From the NCBI GenBank assembly GCA_963847705.1, contig CAWKBC010000021.1, positions 224,001 to 288,000 on the forward strand: DNA of 64,000 bases. The letters run 5' to 3'. The notes under the pieces were generated by a model, which did not search any database, was not told the DNA's origin, and was given only the letters and a program-made list of their open reading frames with translations. The position numbers were made by a program, and so were the translations under genes. Source of the stretch: an uncultured Pseudomonadota bacterium. Lineage in GTDB: Bacteria; Myxococcota_A; Polyangia; Fen-1088. Positions 1-10,753 of the stretch are shown one piece after another; the first letter of the stretch is position 1, and each line of letters begins with the position of its first letter.

Positions 1-224
1 AAGCCGGTGCAAGCTCCCCCGGCGCCAGCACCGCCCGCGTCTGCGCCGCCGGCCGCGCCCCCGCCGCCGGCCGTCCCGGTCGCGTCCGCACCGCCCGTCC
101 CCCCGCGACCCGCCGCCGGGTTGCCGGCCGAGCCACCGGCGCCCGAGCTGTTGGTTCCGCCCCCGCAGCCCGCCAGGACGAGAAGTGAAATCGCCAGCGC
201 CACACGATCGATCGAAGACCCCAT
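1..224 (-). CDS. Lipoprotein with Gly/Ala-rich tether (5' part only, runs off the window)
   Basis: Minus-strand ATG at 224 reads MGSSIDRVALAISLLVLAG-C-GGGTNSSGAGGSAG (lipobox LAGC, then Gly-rich linker). The Pro-rich plus-strand ORF 7..237 is its antisense shadow. Confidence 0.75.
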   Translation of the reverse strand, partial: MGSSIDRVALAISLLVLAGCGGGTNSSGAGGSAGNPAAGRGGTGGADATGTAGGGGAAGGADAGGAGAGGACTG

Positions 225-296
225 CCCGCGACGCTAGTCGCGACGGTGCCCCCAGGCAACCACGAGCCGGATCCCCGCCGAGCGGCGGGAAATGAG

Positions 297-1253
297 TTAG
301 AGGTCGATGACGACCTTGCCCTTCACGTGCCGGCCGGCCTGGAGCTCGACCGCGGTGCGGATTTGCTCGACCGGGAAGCTTGCCGCGATGGGCACCCGGA
401 GTCGGCCGGTCGCAACCAGGCGAGCGAGCTTTTCCAGGGCGCCGGGGGCGGCGTTGGCGCCGTTGGCCGGCGTGATCCCGTCGACCTGGGCGGCGATGGT
501 GGTGATGCGCGCGTCAGGGACGCCGAGCGCCCTTGCGGCGTGCGCTGTCTCCGTTCCATGGAGGTCGATCGCAGCGGTGATACCGCCGGGAGCGAGGGCG
601 CGGACCCGGTCCGCCAGGCCGTCGCCGTAGGCGACCGGCTCGGCTCCGAGATCGCGCAGGAAATCGGCCGATGTCGCCGATCCCGTCCCGATCACGCGCG
701 CCCCCGCGATCCGGGCCAGCTGGACGGCGAACACCCCGACTCCGCCCGCCGCGCCGCCGATCAGCACGGTGTCGTCCGGCCCGAGTTCGACCACGGCCAG
801 GGCGGCGGATGCCGTGCGTCCGGCGATCGTGAGGGTGGCGGCGGTGCGGTCGTCGACGCCGTCGGGGGTGTGATGGGCCTCGTTCGCCGCGATGCCCCCG
901 GTCGCGTCGACCACCACGAAGTCGGCGACCGCGCGGGACAGGGCGCCGCCGAACACCCGGTCGCCAGGCGCGAAGCCGGTCACCCCGTCACCGACCTGGT
1001 CGACGACTCCCGCGTAGTCGGTCCCGAACCCGGCCGGCAGGCTCAAGCCGAACCGGACGGCGGTGTCCGCATCAGCGGTCATGAACCAGTCCATCGGGTT
1101 CAGCCCGGCCGCGGTGACCCGAACACGGACCTGTCCCGGTCCGGCCTGCGGAGCGGGAACCTCGCGGACGTCCAGGACTTCGGGGCCGCCGAATGAATCG
1201 AGCCGGACCGCCCGGCTCCTGCTCGTCGGCAGTTGATCGCTCGATTCCTTCAT
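297..1253 (-). CDS. NADP-dependent oxidoreductase (MDR/quinone reductase family, zinc-independent)
   Basis: AAGLNPMD, GTDYAGVV, GAAGGVG nucleotide-binding motif, C-terminal GKVVI; AAGGAG RBS before ATG 1253. Confidence 0.9.
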   Translation of the reverse strand: MKESSDQLPTSRSRAVRLDSFGGPEVLDVREVPAPQAGPGQVRVRVTAAGLNPMDWFMTADADTAVRFGLSLPAGFGTDYAGVVDQVGDGVTGFAPGDRVFGGALSRAVADFVVVDATGGIAANEAHHTPDGVDDRTAATLTIAGRTASAALAVVELGPDDTVLIGGAAGGVGVFAVQLARIAGARVIGTGSATSADFLRDLGAEPVAYGDGLADRVRALAPGGITAAIDLHGTETAHAARALGVPDARITTIAAQVDGITPANGANAAPGALEKLARLVATGRLRVPIAASFPVEQIRTAVELQAGRHVKGKVVIDL

Positions 1254-1525
1254 GTTCACTGACTCCTTTGAACTGATGCTGGGCCAGACGCGCCATGCGC
1301 TGGCGACGGCGTGGCCGAATGCACTGGCGTCGGAGGGGCCGACCAAGCGTACGGCGGGGGAGCTGGCAGCGCCTGAGGCGTTGGCTAGAAAGATCCGGAA
1401 TCGAACCCGGCCCTGCAGCCGGCCCGACGGCGATCGCAGGCCATCAGCGTCCAGAAACGTCAGCCCTCAGTCCTCCTTTGAATCGGCTTGTTCTTCTTCA
1501 TCCCGGCGGCTGATAAAGTCGGCTC

Positions 1526-2515
1526 ATGCGTGGGATCGTGGCGGGGGCGGCGGCCAGCATCATGCTCGTCTCTTGTGGCAGTGGAGGAGGCACCTCGTCC
1601 ACCGGCGGTACCGGCGGTGGAGCACAGGTAGGCTCGGGCGGCTCGACCGCAGGGAGCGGCGGGGGGGCGGCCGGTGGAATTGACGGCTCGACTGGCGGCG
1701 GGGACGGCGTCGTCACGGTGCGGGTGGTGAACCTCAATCTGGCGAGCGGTCCGACGGCTGGACCGTCCCTCGATATCTACGACGACATGTACGACGGCAG
1801 ACTCCAACCGTCGGTGTCGGGCACCCCGATCATCGCCGACCTGGCGTACGGAACTGTGTCGGGCTACGTGAACCCGCGCTTCGTCGACTCGGGAGGGACG
1901 TCAGTTCGGCTGGTCGCCCTGCCGGCGGGCAGCCCGCCCACCGACACGACGGACGCGGAACCGTTCTGGAGTGGAATCGACAATGGTTCGCATCCCCAGC
2001 TCACGATCTTACTAGACAGTGACTCCCCTTCGAGCAGCGCCCCTGGTTCCTTCCTTGCCTACACGCCGTACGTCGAAAAGGGGCAGGACTCCTTGTCGGG
2101 AGCGATGGGCCCGCTCGCTCCTCCGCCGCCAGCAGGTGAGGGCGAGTACCTGGTCAATACCTTTGCTGTCGACGACACGATCAATGCCGATCCTCCCGGC
2201 GGCTACTTCTTCCTTGTCGACGACTCCTGTACGCCGCCACTGAACGGCAGCCAGCTCATGCCTGGCCTCCCCTTCGTGGATACGGCAGGGTCCTTGCCCC
2301 CCGATGCTTACGCGCAGTTCGCGGCGGCTCCTGGCACGCATTCGATCTCCATCGTCGCGTGGAGCAATACGGCGACACCAACATGCAGTGATCTGCTCGC
2401 ATCCCGGCAAGCGACCGCCAGCGTGAGCCTGGCCGCCGGGCAGCAGATACTTTCTCTCCTCTACGGAACGTCGTTCACCGATCTACATCTGCTGGTCGCG
2501 CCGATCGCTCCTTGA
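1526..2515 (+). CDS. Lipoprotein with Gly-rich tether and beta-sandwich (DUF4397-like) domain
   Basis: Lipobox LVSC, Gly/Thr/Ser linker, then VRVVNL...IADLAYGTVSGY, resembling DUF4397-type repeats. Confidence 0.7.
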   Translation: MRGIVAGAAASIMLVSCGSGGGTSSTGGTGGGAQVGSGGSTAGSGGGAAGGIDGSTGGGDGVVTVRVVNLNLASGPTAGPSLDIYDDMYDGRLQPSVSGTPIIADLAYGTVSGYVNPRFVDSGGTSVRLVALPAGSPPTDTTDAEPFWSGIDNGSHPQLTILLDSDSPSSSAPGSFLAYTPYVEKGQDSLSGAMGPLAPPPPAGEGEYLVNTFAVDDTINADPPGGYFFLVDDSCTPPLNGSQLMPGLPFVDTAGSLPPDAYAQFAAAPGTHSISIVAWSNTATPTCSDLLASRQATASVSLAAGQQILSLLYGTSFTDLHLLVAPIAP

Positions 2516-2605
2516 GCCTGGGAGCGCGATCCTGGTAGGAGGAAAAAGCGGCGACCTGCGGGCTCTCACGCGAGACGGTGAGCGCGCTGGAGAGTGCCCA
2601 GCACG

Positions 2606-2809
2606 TCAGCTCTCGTTGCGTCGTCGGGTCGCGGGCCCGGTGCCGTTGGTGCACATCCCCGCCAGGCAGGTGTGACCACAAATGCCGCAGTTACTTCCGT
2701 CGTTCGAAAGGTTTGTGCAGCCGCCGGGGCAAGTGGTCTGGTTGGCGGCGCAGCGAATTGGCGCAAGGGCGTCGCCCGCCAGGCCACACTGCCACTGGTC
2801 ATCTTCCAT
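2606..2809 (-). pseudogene. Relic of a myxobacterial cysteine-rich repeat protein (MXAN_6577/STIG1-like unit)
   Basis: CAANQTTCPGGCTNLSNDGSNCGICGHTCLAGMCTNG matches the C..C...C.....D..NCG.CG..C pattern; no signal peptide or surrounding gene. Confidence 0.6.
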
Positions 2810-2866
2810 CGATGACCCGTCGCGAAGGACTGGACGCAGGCCCTCCCGTTCTGGCAGGAAGATCCC

Positions 2867-5509
2867 GTGTCTGACGCTCCAGAGCCCCAGGGCGAGACCG
2901 AAGCACGCGCGGCGCTGCTGCAGATCGCAGGGCGGCGTACGCTACCCATTCCCACGGAGTTGATCGTCGACCACGTGCTCCGTCTACCGGGAGACCAGGA
3001 CTGGCCGGTCCGTCGCGCGGCGCTCGAGGCCGTGCTTCGCCGGCTCGCCTCGGCCCGGGCGCAAGAGATCGTCGTCGTGGCCGGGCCGAAGGACGGATCG
3101 GGGGGACGACACCGCCTCGCGCGAGCGGGCGGGGACAGGGCGCTTCCCTATGACGTACGACTGTGGTCGCTGTCGCCTCCAGGCGGCGCATGCGATTGCG
3201 CGGACTTTTCGCGCGGGGCGCTCGGCATCTGCAAGCACATCGGGGCGGTGATTGCTCACCTTGCCTCCAAGCCCCGATCATTTCGGCGACTGCTCACCGC
3301 TCCGGCCGGCGTGCGGCCTGGGGTTTTCTGGGATCCGGCGGTCGACGCCGCCGTGGCGGGCGATCTGCTCGCGGCCTTTCGCTTCGCGCCTGCGCCGCGA
3401 AGAGCCGACTGGCGCCGGCGCGCGGTCTCAGCGGGGCCGGGCTTCGTTCGCGCGGGCGACGCCGGGGCGTGGCGCCTGCGTACCACCCATGCGTCCGAGC
3501 CCGTCAAACGGATGGGGCTGGTCGAAGCTCTCACCTCGCGCGTTCGGCGGGCTGGCGGGGCCGCAGACCCTGCCGCGCGCGCGGTGCTGGCCGAGGAGCA
3601 CGATCGGCTCTCCCGGATCCTTCGCCTGGGCCGGGCGCAGAAGTCCCTGACCAAGGCGATGTCCGCCAGTGCGCGGCGGCGCCCCCTCTATGCGTACCAG
3701 AAGCAGGGGATAAGCCGATTCTTGCTCCAGGGCCGCTTGGTGCTGGCGGACGACATGGGGCTCGGCAAGACCACGCAGGCCGTCGTCGCAGCGACGGCTC
3801 TCTACGACGCCGGGCTCGTGCGACGGGGGCTCATCGTCGTCCCGGCGGCGCTCAAGTCGCAGTGGGAGCGCGAGTGGCAGGCGATCTCCGCAGCGCCCGT
3901 TCGCGTCGTAGACGGCGGGAGCGGCGTCCGGCGAGAGCTGTACCGGTCCATGCGCCGGGGGTTCCTGGTGACGAACTACGAGCAGGTCATCAAGGACCTG
4001 GACGTGATCGCCACATGGTCGCCGGAGCTGGCCGTGCTCGACGAGGCGCAGCGGATCAAAAACTGGGCGACGAAGACCGCGCTCGCGATCAAGCGGCTCA
4101 AGCCGGAGTACCGGCTGGTGCTCACGGGCACGCCGCTCGAGAACCGGCTCGACGAGCTCGCCTCGATCGTCGAATGGGTTGACGATCGAGCGCTCGAGCC
4201 GAAGTGGCGTCTCGGCCCGGCACACAGCACCTATGCGGACGGCGAGCGCCAGGTGATCGGCGCTCGCAACCTGGGCGAGCTGCGCGCGCGGCTGGCGCCG
4301 GTGCTCCTCCGCCGTACGCGGGCGGAGGTGCTCGGTCAGCTCCCGCCCCGCCAGGACACGACGATCCCTGTCGACCTCACCGAGCGCCAGCGCGAAGCGC
4401 ACGACGCGCTCAACCAACCCATCGCGAAGTTGGCCGCCATCGCGCGCCGCCGACCGCTGGCGCCGGCGGAGTTCCTCCGGTTGATGTCGCTGCTGGCGAC
4501 GCAACGGATGATCGCGAACGGGGTGGCGCTGGAAGCGTTCACGGCCACCTGGCCCGAGGTTCGAGACCGCCGGCCGACGGCAGCGGTGCTCGAGTCGCTC
4601 GACGCGCCGAAGCTCGCCGAGTTGCGCGAGCTCGTGGCCAGTCTCGTCGTCACGCAGGGCCGGAAGGTCGTCGTGTTCAGCCAGTGGAGGCGCATGCTGG
4701 AGCTCGCGGCGTGGGCGGTGTCGGACCTGCTCGCCGCCGCCGGTAAACGCGCGCTGTTCTTCACCGGCCAAGAGGGTGCGCACCGCCGGACACAGAATCT
4801 GGTCGATTTCCACGACGATCCGTCCGCATCAGTGCTGTTCCTGACCGACGCCGGCGGCGTCGGGCTCAACCTTCAGAAAGCCGCCAGCGCCTGCGTCAAC
4901 CTGGAGCTCCCCTGGAACCCGGCGGTCCTCGAGCAGCGGATCGGCCGCATCCATCGTCTCGGGCAAGACCGGCCCATCGACGTCTACAACCTGATCAGCC
5001 GGTCATCCATCGAGGAGCGGATCGCCGGCCTGGTGTCCGACAAGCGGGCCCTCTTCAAGGGGTTGTTCGAAGGCGTCACCGACGAGCTGCGCTTCGACGG
5101 CGGGAGCCAGATGACGAGCTTGCTCGAGACCCTGACCGCGCCCGAAGAGGCCTCAGCTTCGGCGGATGACGCGAGCGACGACGGTGCTGACCCGCCGACC
5201 GCTGTCGTCCAAGATCTCGGCGGGGGCGACGCCGAGGCAGTGGAGCCTGGGGCGCTCGCGGGGCAAGGGGCCGCCGCCGCGTCGACCACCAGCCCAGCGC
5301 CGGCCGGGCAGGACGATGTCGCCGCGCTGTTCGGGGCGGTCGCCGTCCAGCGACGGGCCGACGGCGGCCTCGTGATTGAGGCGCCGCCCGAGGCGGCCCG
5401 CGCGCTGCAGTCTCTGTTCGAAGGGATGGCGCGGTTGATGGCCATGGCGGCCGATGGAGGCGGTGCGGGCGTCCGAGACACCGCGCCCCTTACGGGCGAA
5501 GTGGAGTAG
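2867..5509 (+). CDS. SWIM zinc finger + SNF2-family DEAD/DEAH helicase
   Basis: CDC...CKH SWIM motif; LADDMGLGKT, LDEAQ, LTGTPLEN, GGVGLNL, QRIGRIHRLGQ. Confidence 0.93.
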   Translation: MSDAPEPQGETEARAALLQIAGRRTLPIPTELIVDHVLRLPGDQDWPVRRAALEAVLRRLASARAQEIVVVAGPKDGSGGRHRLARAGGDRALPYDVRLWSLSPPGGACDCADFSRGALGICKHIGAVIAHLASKPRSFRRLLTAPAGVRPGVFWDPAVDAAVAGDLLAAFRFAPAPRRADWRRRAVSAGPGFVRAGDAGAWRLRTTHASEPVKRMGLVEALTSRVRRAGGAADPAARAVLAEEHDRLSRILRLGRAQKSLTKAMSASARRRPLYAYQKQGISRFLLQGRLVLADDMGLGKTTQAVVAATALYDAGLVRRGLIVVPAALKSQWEREWQAISAAPVRVVDGGSGVRRELYRSMRRGFLVTNYEQVIKDLDVIATWSPELAVLDEAQRIKNWATKTALAIKRLKPEYRLVLTGTPLENRLDELASIVEWVDDRALEPKWRLGPAHSTYADGERQVIGARNLGELRARLAPVLLRRTRAEVLGQLPPRQDTTIPVDLTERQREAHDALNQPIAKLAAIARRRPLAPAEFLRLMSLLATQRMIANGVALEAFTATWPEVRDRRPTAAVLESLDAPKLAELRELVASLVVTQGRKVVVFSQWRRMLELAAWAVSDLLAAAGKRALFFTGQEGAHRRTQNLVDFHDDPSASVLFLTDAGGVGLNLQKAASACVNLELPWNPAVLEQRIGRIHRLGQDRPIDVYNLISRSSIEERIAGLVSDKRALFKGLFEGVTDELRFDGGSQMTSLLETLTAPEEASASADDASDDGADPPTAVVQDLGGGDAEAVEPGALAGQGAAAASTTSPAPAGQDDVAALFGAVAVQRRADGGLVIEAPPEAARALQSLFEGMARLMAMAADGGGAGVRDTAPLTGEVE

Positions 5510-5597
5510 GGATTTCGGGCCGCAAGTGTCGTGGTCGCCGGACGGACCTCGAAGCGTTCGTCGCCTCGTCCCGGGCCCAACCCACGACCGCGATCGG

Positions 5598-6077
5598 CTA
5601 GCGGACGCAGCGCACGTAAGCGCTGACGTTCGTCGGGTTGAACATCGTCACCGGGCTGGAGAAGTACACGGTCCAGCCCATCGCCAGCGACCCGGCGGGG
5701 TTCCCGGCCTGAAGGGTGGAGCTCCAGTAGGCCGACTGGTTGGCGGTCGGGGTCCCCGGGAACGCCGTCTGATCGATGTAGGGGGGCGCGGACGCGGAGA
5801 AGTCCATGAGCGTGTGAAGCTCCTTGACCGTCGGCAGCCGCCACCCGGAGCCCGGGAGGCCGACCGACGGACACTCGGCGATCGCGACGCTCTGGGTCTG
5901 GACCGGCAGGGTGGCCTGCTGCCAGGTGAGCTTCGTCTTGGTGTCATAGACGGTTCCGTCGCCGGGGATCACGTAGCGCCCCGGCGGGGCCGACGAGGCA
6001 CCCTTTCGGGGCATGGCGAGCACGACGGCAATCGCCGCCACGCCGGCCAGCAACAGCGCCGCGCGGCCGCGCCTCAT
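5598..6077 (-). CDS. Secreted DUF1566 (Lcl C-terminal) domain protein
   Basis: ATG 6077 overlaps the upstream TGA (ATGA). Signal-like MRRGRAALLLAGVAA, then DGTVYDTKTKLTWQQ, WRLPTVKEL, YWSST, VRCVR-stop. Confidence 0.85.
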   Translation of the reverse strand: MRRGRAALLLAGVAAIAVVLAMPRKGASSAPPGRYVIPGDGTVYDTKTKLTWQQATLPVQTQSVAIAECPSVGLPGSGWRLPTVKELHTLMDFSASAPPYIDQTAFPGTPTANQSAYWSSTLQAGNPAGSLAMGWTVYFSSPVTMFNPTNVSAYVRCVR

Positions 6078-8144
6078 CGCACGCACCGCGCGTAGCTGTA
6101 CTGCTGGCCGAACTCGTCCTGCGGGATCGCGCGCCCGTCCTGGAAGAGCACGACCCAGAAGCTCCCGGCGGCGCTGGCGGTGGTGGTCGACGTCCAGAAG
6201 GTGAGGGCGGGCGTGTTCGGAAAGACCGTCTGATCGATGGCCGGGTTCGCGTGTCCGTAGTCGACGATCGAGAGCAGCTCGATCGCCGACGGGAGCCGCC
6301 AGTTGTCGAAGCCGGCCAGCCGCAGGCCCTGGCAGTAGAGGAGCCCGTCGGCCCACCTCCAGTAGGGCGGTGGGCGAGGTGATGGGGAGCGTCTTTTGCC
6401 ACATGAGACCGGTGACGCCGTCGGTGATGGTGCCGTCGCCGTTGTCCGTGTAGTGGGTCGGATTCGGCGCGCCTTGCGCGACGTCGGCGGCGTCATTGGG
6501 CATCGGCCACGCCGCCCATTTGGGGTCGAAGCAGATCGGTCCTTCGAGCCGCTGGCAGGCGAGGCCGGTGCCACACGGCATCGAGGCCTGCCAGCTGCGG
6601 CAGGTGGCGGTCTGATCGGCGCAGGTCGCGATCGTCGAATTCGCGGCGCATTCCGTGGCGCCGAGGGTAGCGCAGACGTTGTTGCAGGCTGCATCGACGC
6701 CGCCGTCCGAGGCACCTGCATCCTTCGGGGGCTGTGTGCCGCCCCCGCCGGCCGGCAGCGTCAGCACGTAGATCTTGGAATCGGTCAGGAAGGCGAAGCC
6801 GGTCGGGGCGCACTGGACGAGCGCGGTCGCGCTCTCGATGTAAGGGTCCAACAGCGGCGCCAGCGAGATGCTCCGGCGCAGGGTGTACGTCGTCCGGTCG
6901 AAGTCGAGCAGGGCCGGCTGGCTCGGATCGGCGGTGCGCAAGAACCAGACGTCCGTGCCGTTGGGATCGAGGACGGGGGCGGGGCCCGGGTACTTTGCCA
7001 GGATGCTGTCGCTGTAGGTGCCGACCTGGATCAGATTCGTTTCGTCCACCGTCTGGCCGTCGTTGGCGAAGATCAATCCGCCGCCGCTGACTATCTGGGT
7101 CTTCTGGCCGTCGGTGATGAGCCCGCTCGCCTTCGCCGACGTTGCCGTGATCGATTCCATTCCCGGGATGGTGTTGGTGTTGACGGCGAACTCGATGAGC
7201 TGGGAGGCGGACTGGAAGTTGCTGCACCCGACCAGGACCGAGGGGGTGGCGAAGGCGATGGTGTCGCCGCTGCCGTAAAAGCTGCTCAACGACGCGAGCA
7301 GCTTGGTGCCGTCGTAGAGCGCCAGGCCCGCGTAGTCGGGCGTGAACCCCGGCTGGCGGAGCGACACCATGTACTGCGTGGAGGATCCCGGCCTGGCGAC
7401 GATCTGACCGGCGGTGAGCTTCGTCGAGGTGTTGGTCCCCATGGAGACGGCGGGCCCGGGCGTCATCGTCGTGAGGTCGATGCGCCGAACGGTGTTGCCT
7501 CCGTCGATCCCGGGAAACAGCTCGGGGGTATCGGGCGTGTTGATCCCGACATAGAGGGCGCTGTCGTCGTCGGAGATGGCGAGGAGACCCGGGATGCCCC
7601 CGACGGGCAACGTCCCGGTGACCTTCGCCGAGGGAGGGTCGATCGAGAGGACGACCCCCGCGTCGGGGTTGAGGTTCGTCGTGGCGTAGAGCACGCCCCG
7701 GGTCGAATCGAACGCCAGGTCGTTCGCAACGATCGGGAGCGCCTGGACCGACCCGCCGCCGTCGAGCTGCAGCACGCCTCCGTCGACGCCCTGGCCGCCG
7801 CTCCCGGTCGCTCCCGGCGCCCCGTTCGTGCCGGCGGAGCCGTTCCCTGCCACGCCTTGGTTCCCGGCGGCGCCGGTGTTCCCGGCGGCGCCCTGCGTTC
7901 CCGCGGCACCGCCGCCGCCGTGCGTGCCGGCCGCACCGGCGGCGCCGTTGGCGCCCGCGATACCAGCTCCGCCCGCGCCACCGCCGCCGCTCTTCCCGGC
8001 TGCGCCGCCCATCCCGGCGGCGCCGGCTTGCCCGGCCGAACCGCCCGTCGCCATGGAGCCGCCCGTTCCGGCGCCGCCTCCGCCGGACCCGCACCCCATC
8101 AACGCCAGGACCGACACCGAGACGACGAGGCCGAGGCGACGCAT
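6074..8144 (-). CDS. Lipoprotein: Gly tether + YncE-like beta-propeller + Cys-rich segment + DUF1566; +1 frameshift near 6373
   Basis: Lipobox LMGC. DUF1566 begins in one frame (DGTITDGVTGLMWQK) and continues in another (YWRWADGLLYC..WRLPSAIEL..ARCVR). Removing one C (TCG CCC ACC -> TCG CCA CCG) restores the frame. Confidence 0.8.
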
Positions 8145-8226
8145 GAGCTCTCCGTTTGGCAGCCACACCGCGCTCCAGACGAATGCGCGGTCACCTGCCA
8201 TTGTAGACCAATTCACCCGGGGCCGA

Positions 8227-10753
8227 TCAGGGCGGCGTGCCGATCACGGGCGAGCGGAGGATCCACAGCTTGTCGGTGCCGCCGGACGTCGTACCGAGGA
8301 ACGCCACGCCGTCGTCGCCGAGATAGATGAGGTCGGAGAAGCCGCTGATGGTCCCTCCGTCGATGCCGCTGTCGAAGGGGAGCGAGGCGACCGGGGTGAA
8401 GTTGTTGCTGTCCAGGATCAAGAGCTGCAGAAAATCCTGGATGGGGCCGCTCGTCAGCATCAGCGTGCGGGTGGCGGACAACGGCGCGACGAGGCCGCTG
8501 AAGTCGAACTTTCCGGCGCGCACCGGGTTGGTGGGATCGGAGACGTCGAGCACCTCGCCCGTGTCGGCGTAGACGCGCCCCTGGTAGTAGTGAATGACGT
8601 CGTAGAAGTTGCCCATCAACCCCTCCTGCGAGCCCAGGAGGGTGACGCCGGATGGGGAGATGGCGTACGAGGCGAACGTGAACCCCGAGTCGATGGTGTC
8701 GAGTCCGAACAGGGTCCCGGATGGTCCCGGCGCCAGCGCGCTGGTCGACAGCCTGCCGTTCGCGACGGTCGGACGCGCGACGCCGTCGTCCAGGACGGAC
8801 ACCTGTCCACCGATCGCGATGGCGATCGAGGTGGCGCTTCCCGGCAGCGGCGCCAGGTCGGCGAAGCCGCCCAGCGACGCGCCAGAAGGGAGCGTGTCTA
8901 CAGCGACGGAGACGGGCGGCGTGTTCGAGACGTCGAACTTGCTGATCGTGCTCGACGAGTCGAACCCGAGCCAGAGCGTGGTGCCGTCGTTGGAGAGCGC
9001 CATCTGGCGGGGCGACGAAGGGATCGGCACCTTGGCCAGCACCGTCTCGCTCGGTACGTCGATCGAGAACAGCGAGTTCTTGTCGTGGGCGGCGCTGTAG
9101 GTGAGCACCGAGTAGAGCCGCGCGCGCGACTGGTCGTAGCGCATGTGAAACCCGGGGACGTCGAGCGTGTGCAGGGTGCAGCCGCCACAGACCCCACCGT
9201 ACCCGCCGGTCCCCGTCGAGCCCGACGATCCACCTTGGCCCGTGACGCCGCCGGTGCCGGCCGCGCTCCCCCCCTGGCCGCCGGCGCCGGTGGAGGGATC
9301 AACGCCGTCGTTGGCCAGCATCGGGGCGTGCAGGAGCACCAGGCGTGCCGGCGTGATCGACCCTTGGGCCAGCAACGCGACCTCGTCGCCGCCCAGGTAG
9401 GCGACGTCGGTGAGGTAGTCGGACGTGCCAACCAGGCTGGTGGGGACGTTGACCGCCGTCCCCTGCTGCGCGAGCGTATCGGTGTTGATCAAGCGGATCA
9501 CCCACGACGAGCTCGTCTGCGAGAGCATGCAGATACGGTTCGGGCTCGTGTGGTCGAAGAGCGTGCCCGAGACGGACAGCGTGCCGACGGGCGTGGGGGT
9601 CGACGGGGCGCTCACGTCGTACGCCGTCCCCGAGACGTAGAGGCGGTTCGCCTTGTACAGCGTCCCGGCGCCCTGGCCGCTGAGGAGGCTTGGGAAGGTC
9701 GCTTGCGCGATCCCGGTCGACAGCACGCGCATCCAGAACAGCGTGGCCGAGATCCCCGTCGACCCGAGCCCGTAGAACTGTCCCGGCGGTCCGTTGAAGA
9801 TGAAGGTGGGGTACGACGTCACCTTGTTCGGGTTCGCGCGCGGAACCCCGTCGTCGTACACGGCCAGGGTGTTCGGACCGCCGCTGGCCAGCGCGGCCAC
9901 CGTGTCGGGCGAGTCCGACATCGGCAGCATCGCCTGCACGTACACGCTGGCGGTATAGACGCCGTTGGAGGTCGCGCCAACCAGCCGATCCAGCGGGCCC
10001 ACGACCGGCGTCGCTCCGGTCAGCGTCACCTTGCGCATCGAGAAGGATCCGTCCATCCCCACCCACAACGTCGAGGCGTCGTTCGACAGCGCCAGCGCGT
10101 TCGGGTCCGAGCCGATGGGGATCGCGGCCGTGACCGCCGGCGCCCGGGGATCGATGGCGGTGACCGTGTTGGGATAGAGCGGCGCGCCACCCTGTATGGT
10201 CACGTAGAGGCGATCGCGCGAGCTGTCGTAGACCATGTGGCTCGGCTGCAGGGTGAGCGTGGTGCCGCAGACGCCCACGCAGGGCCGCGCCCCGCCGCCA
10301 CCCGCCGCGCCGCCGACGCCACCACCGACTCCGCCCAGGCCACCGACTCCGCCGAGACCGCCCGTCCCGCCGGCGCCACCGGCCGCGCCGTGCCCGCCGG
10401 AATCCGGCGCTGCCACCGCCGGCACCCGCTCCGGCGCCTCCGCCCGTTCCACCGGTCGCGCCGCCGCCGGCCACGCCGCCCGCTCCGGCGGCGCCTCCTC
10501 CCGCGCCCGCCACGCCGCTGCCGGCCGCGCCGCCCTGACCTCCCGGGCCCGCGCTCGAGCCGCCGGCTCCCCCGTGCGAGCCCCCGGCTGCTCCGCCCTT
10601 GCCGCTGGCGCCGGCCGTGGCCATTCCGGCCTGTCCGCCGTTCGCCGCGCTGCCGCCCGTCCCGGTGGTGCCGCTCGGGCCCGAGCCGCAGGCGGCCCAC
10701 AACGCCAGCGAGCAGCCGACGAGCTGCCAGTGTGCCCCCGCGCGCGCCCTCAA
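8227..10753 (-). CDS. Lipoprotein with Gly tether and two tandem YncE-like beta-propellers; +1 frameshift near 10401
   Basis: TTG 10753 overlaps the upstream TGA: MRARAGAHWQLVGCSLALWAA-C-GSG. An extra T (GGA TTCC GGC) shifts into ORF 8227..10452, which has two repeats of YDxxRxRLY...ALSNDxxTLWxG. Confidence 0.78.

Noticed and set aside
5598-8216. 872-aa ORF as one natural gene
   Set aside because: The middle ~95 aa is out-of-frame DUF1566 sequence; better explained as two genes plus a +1 insertion.
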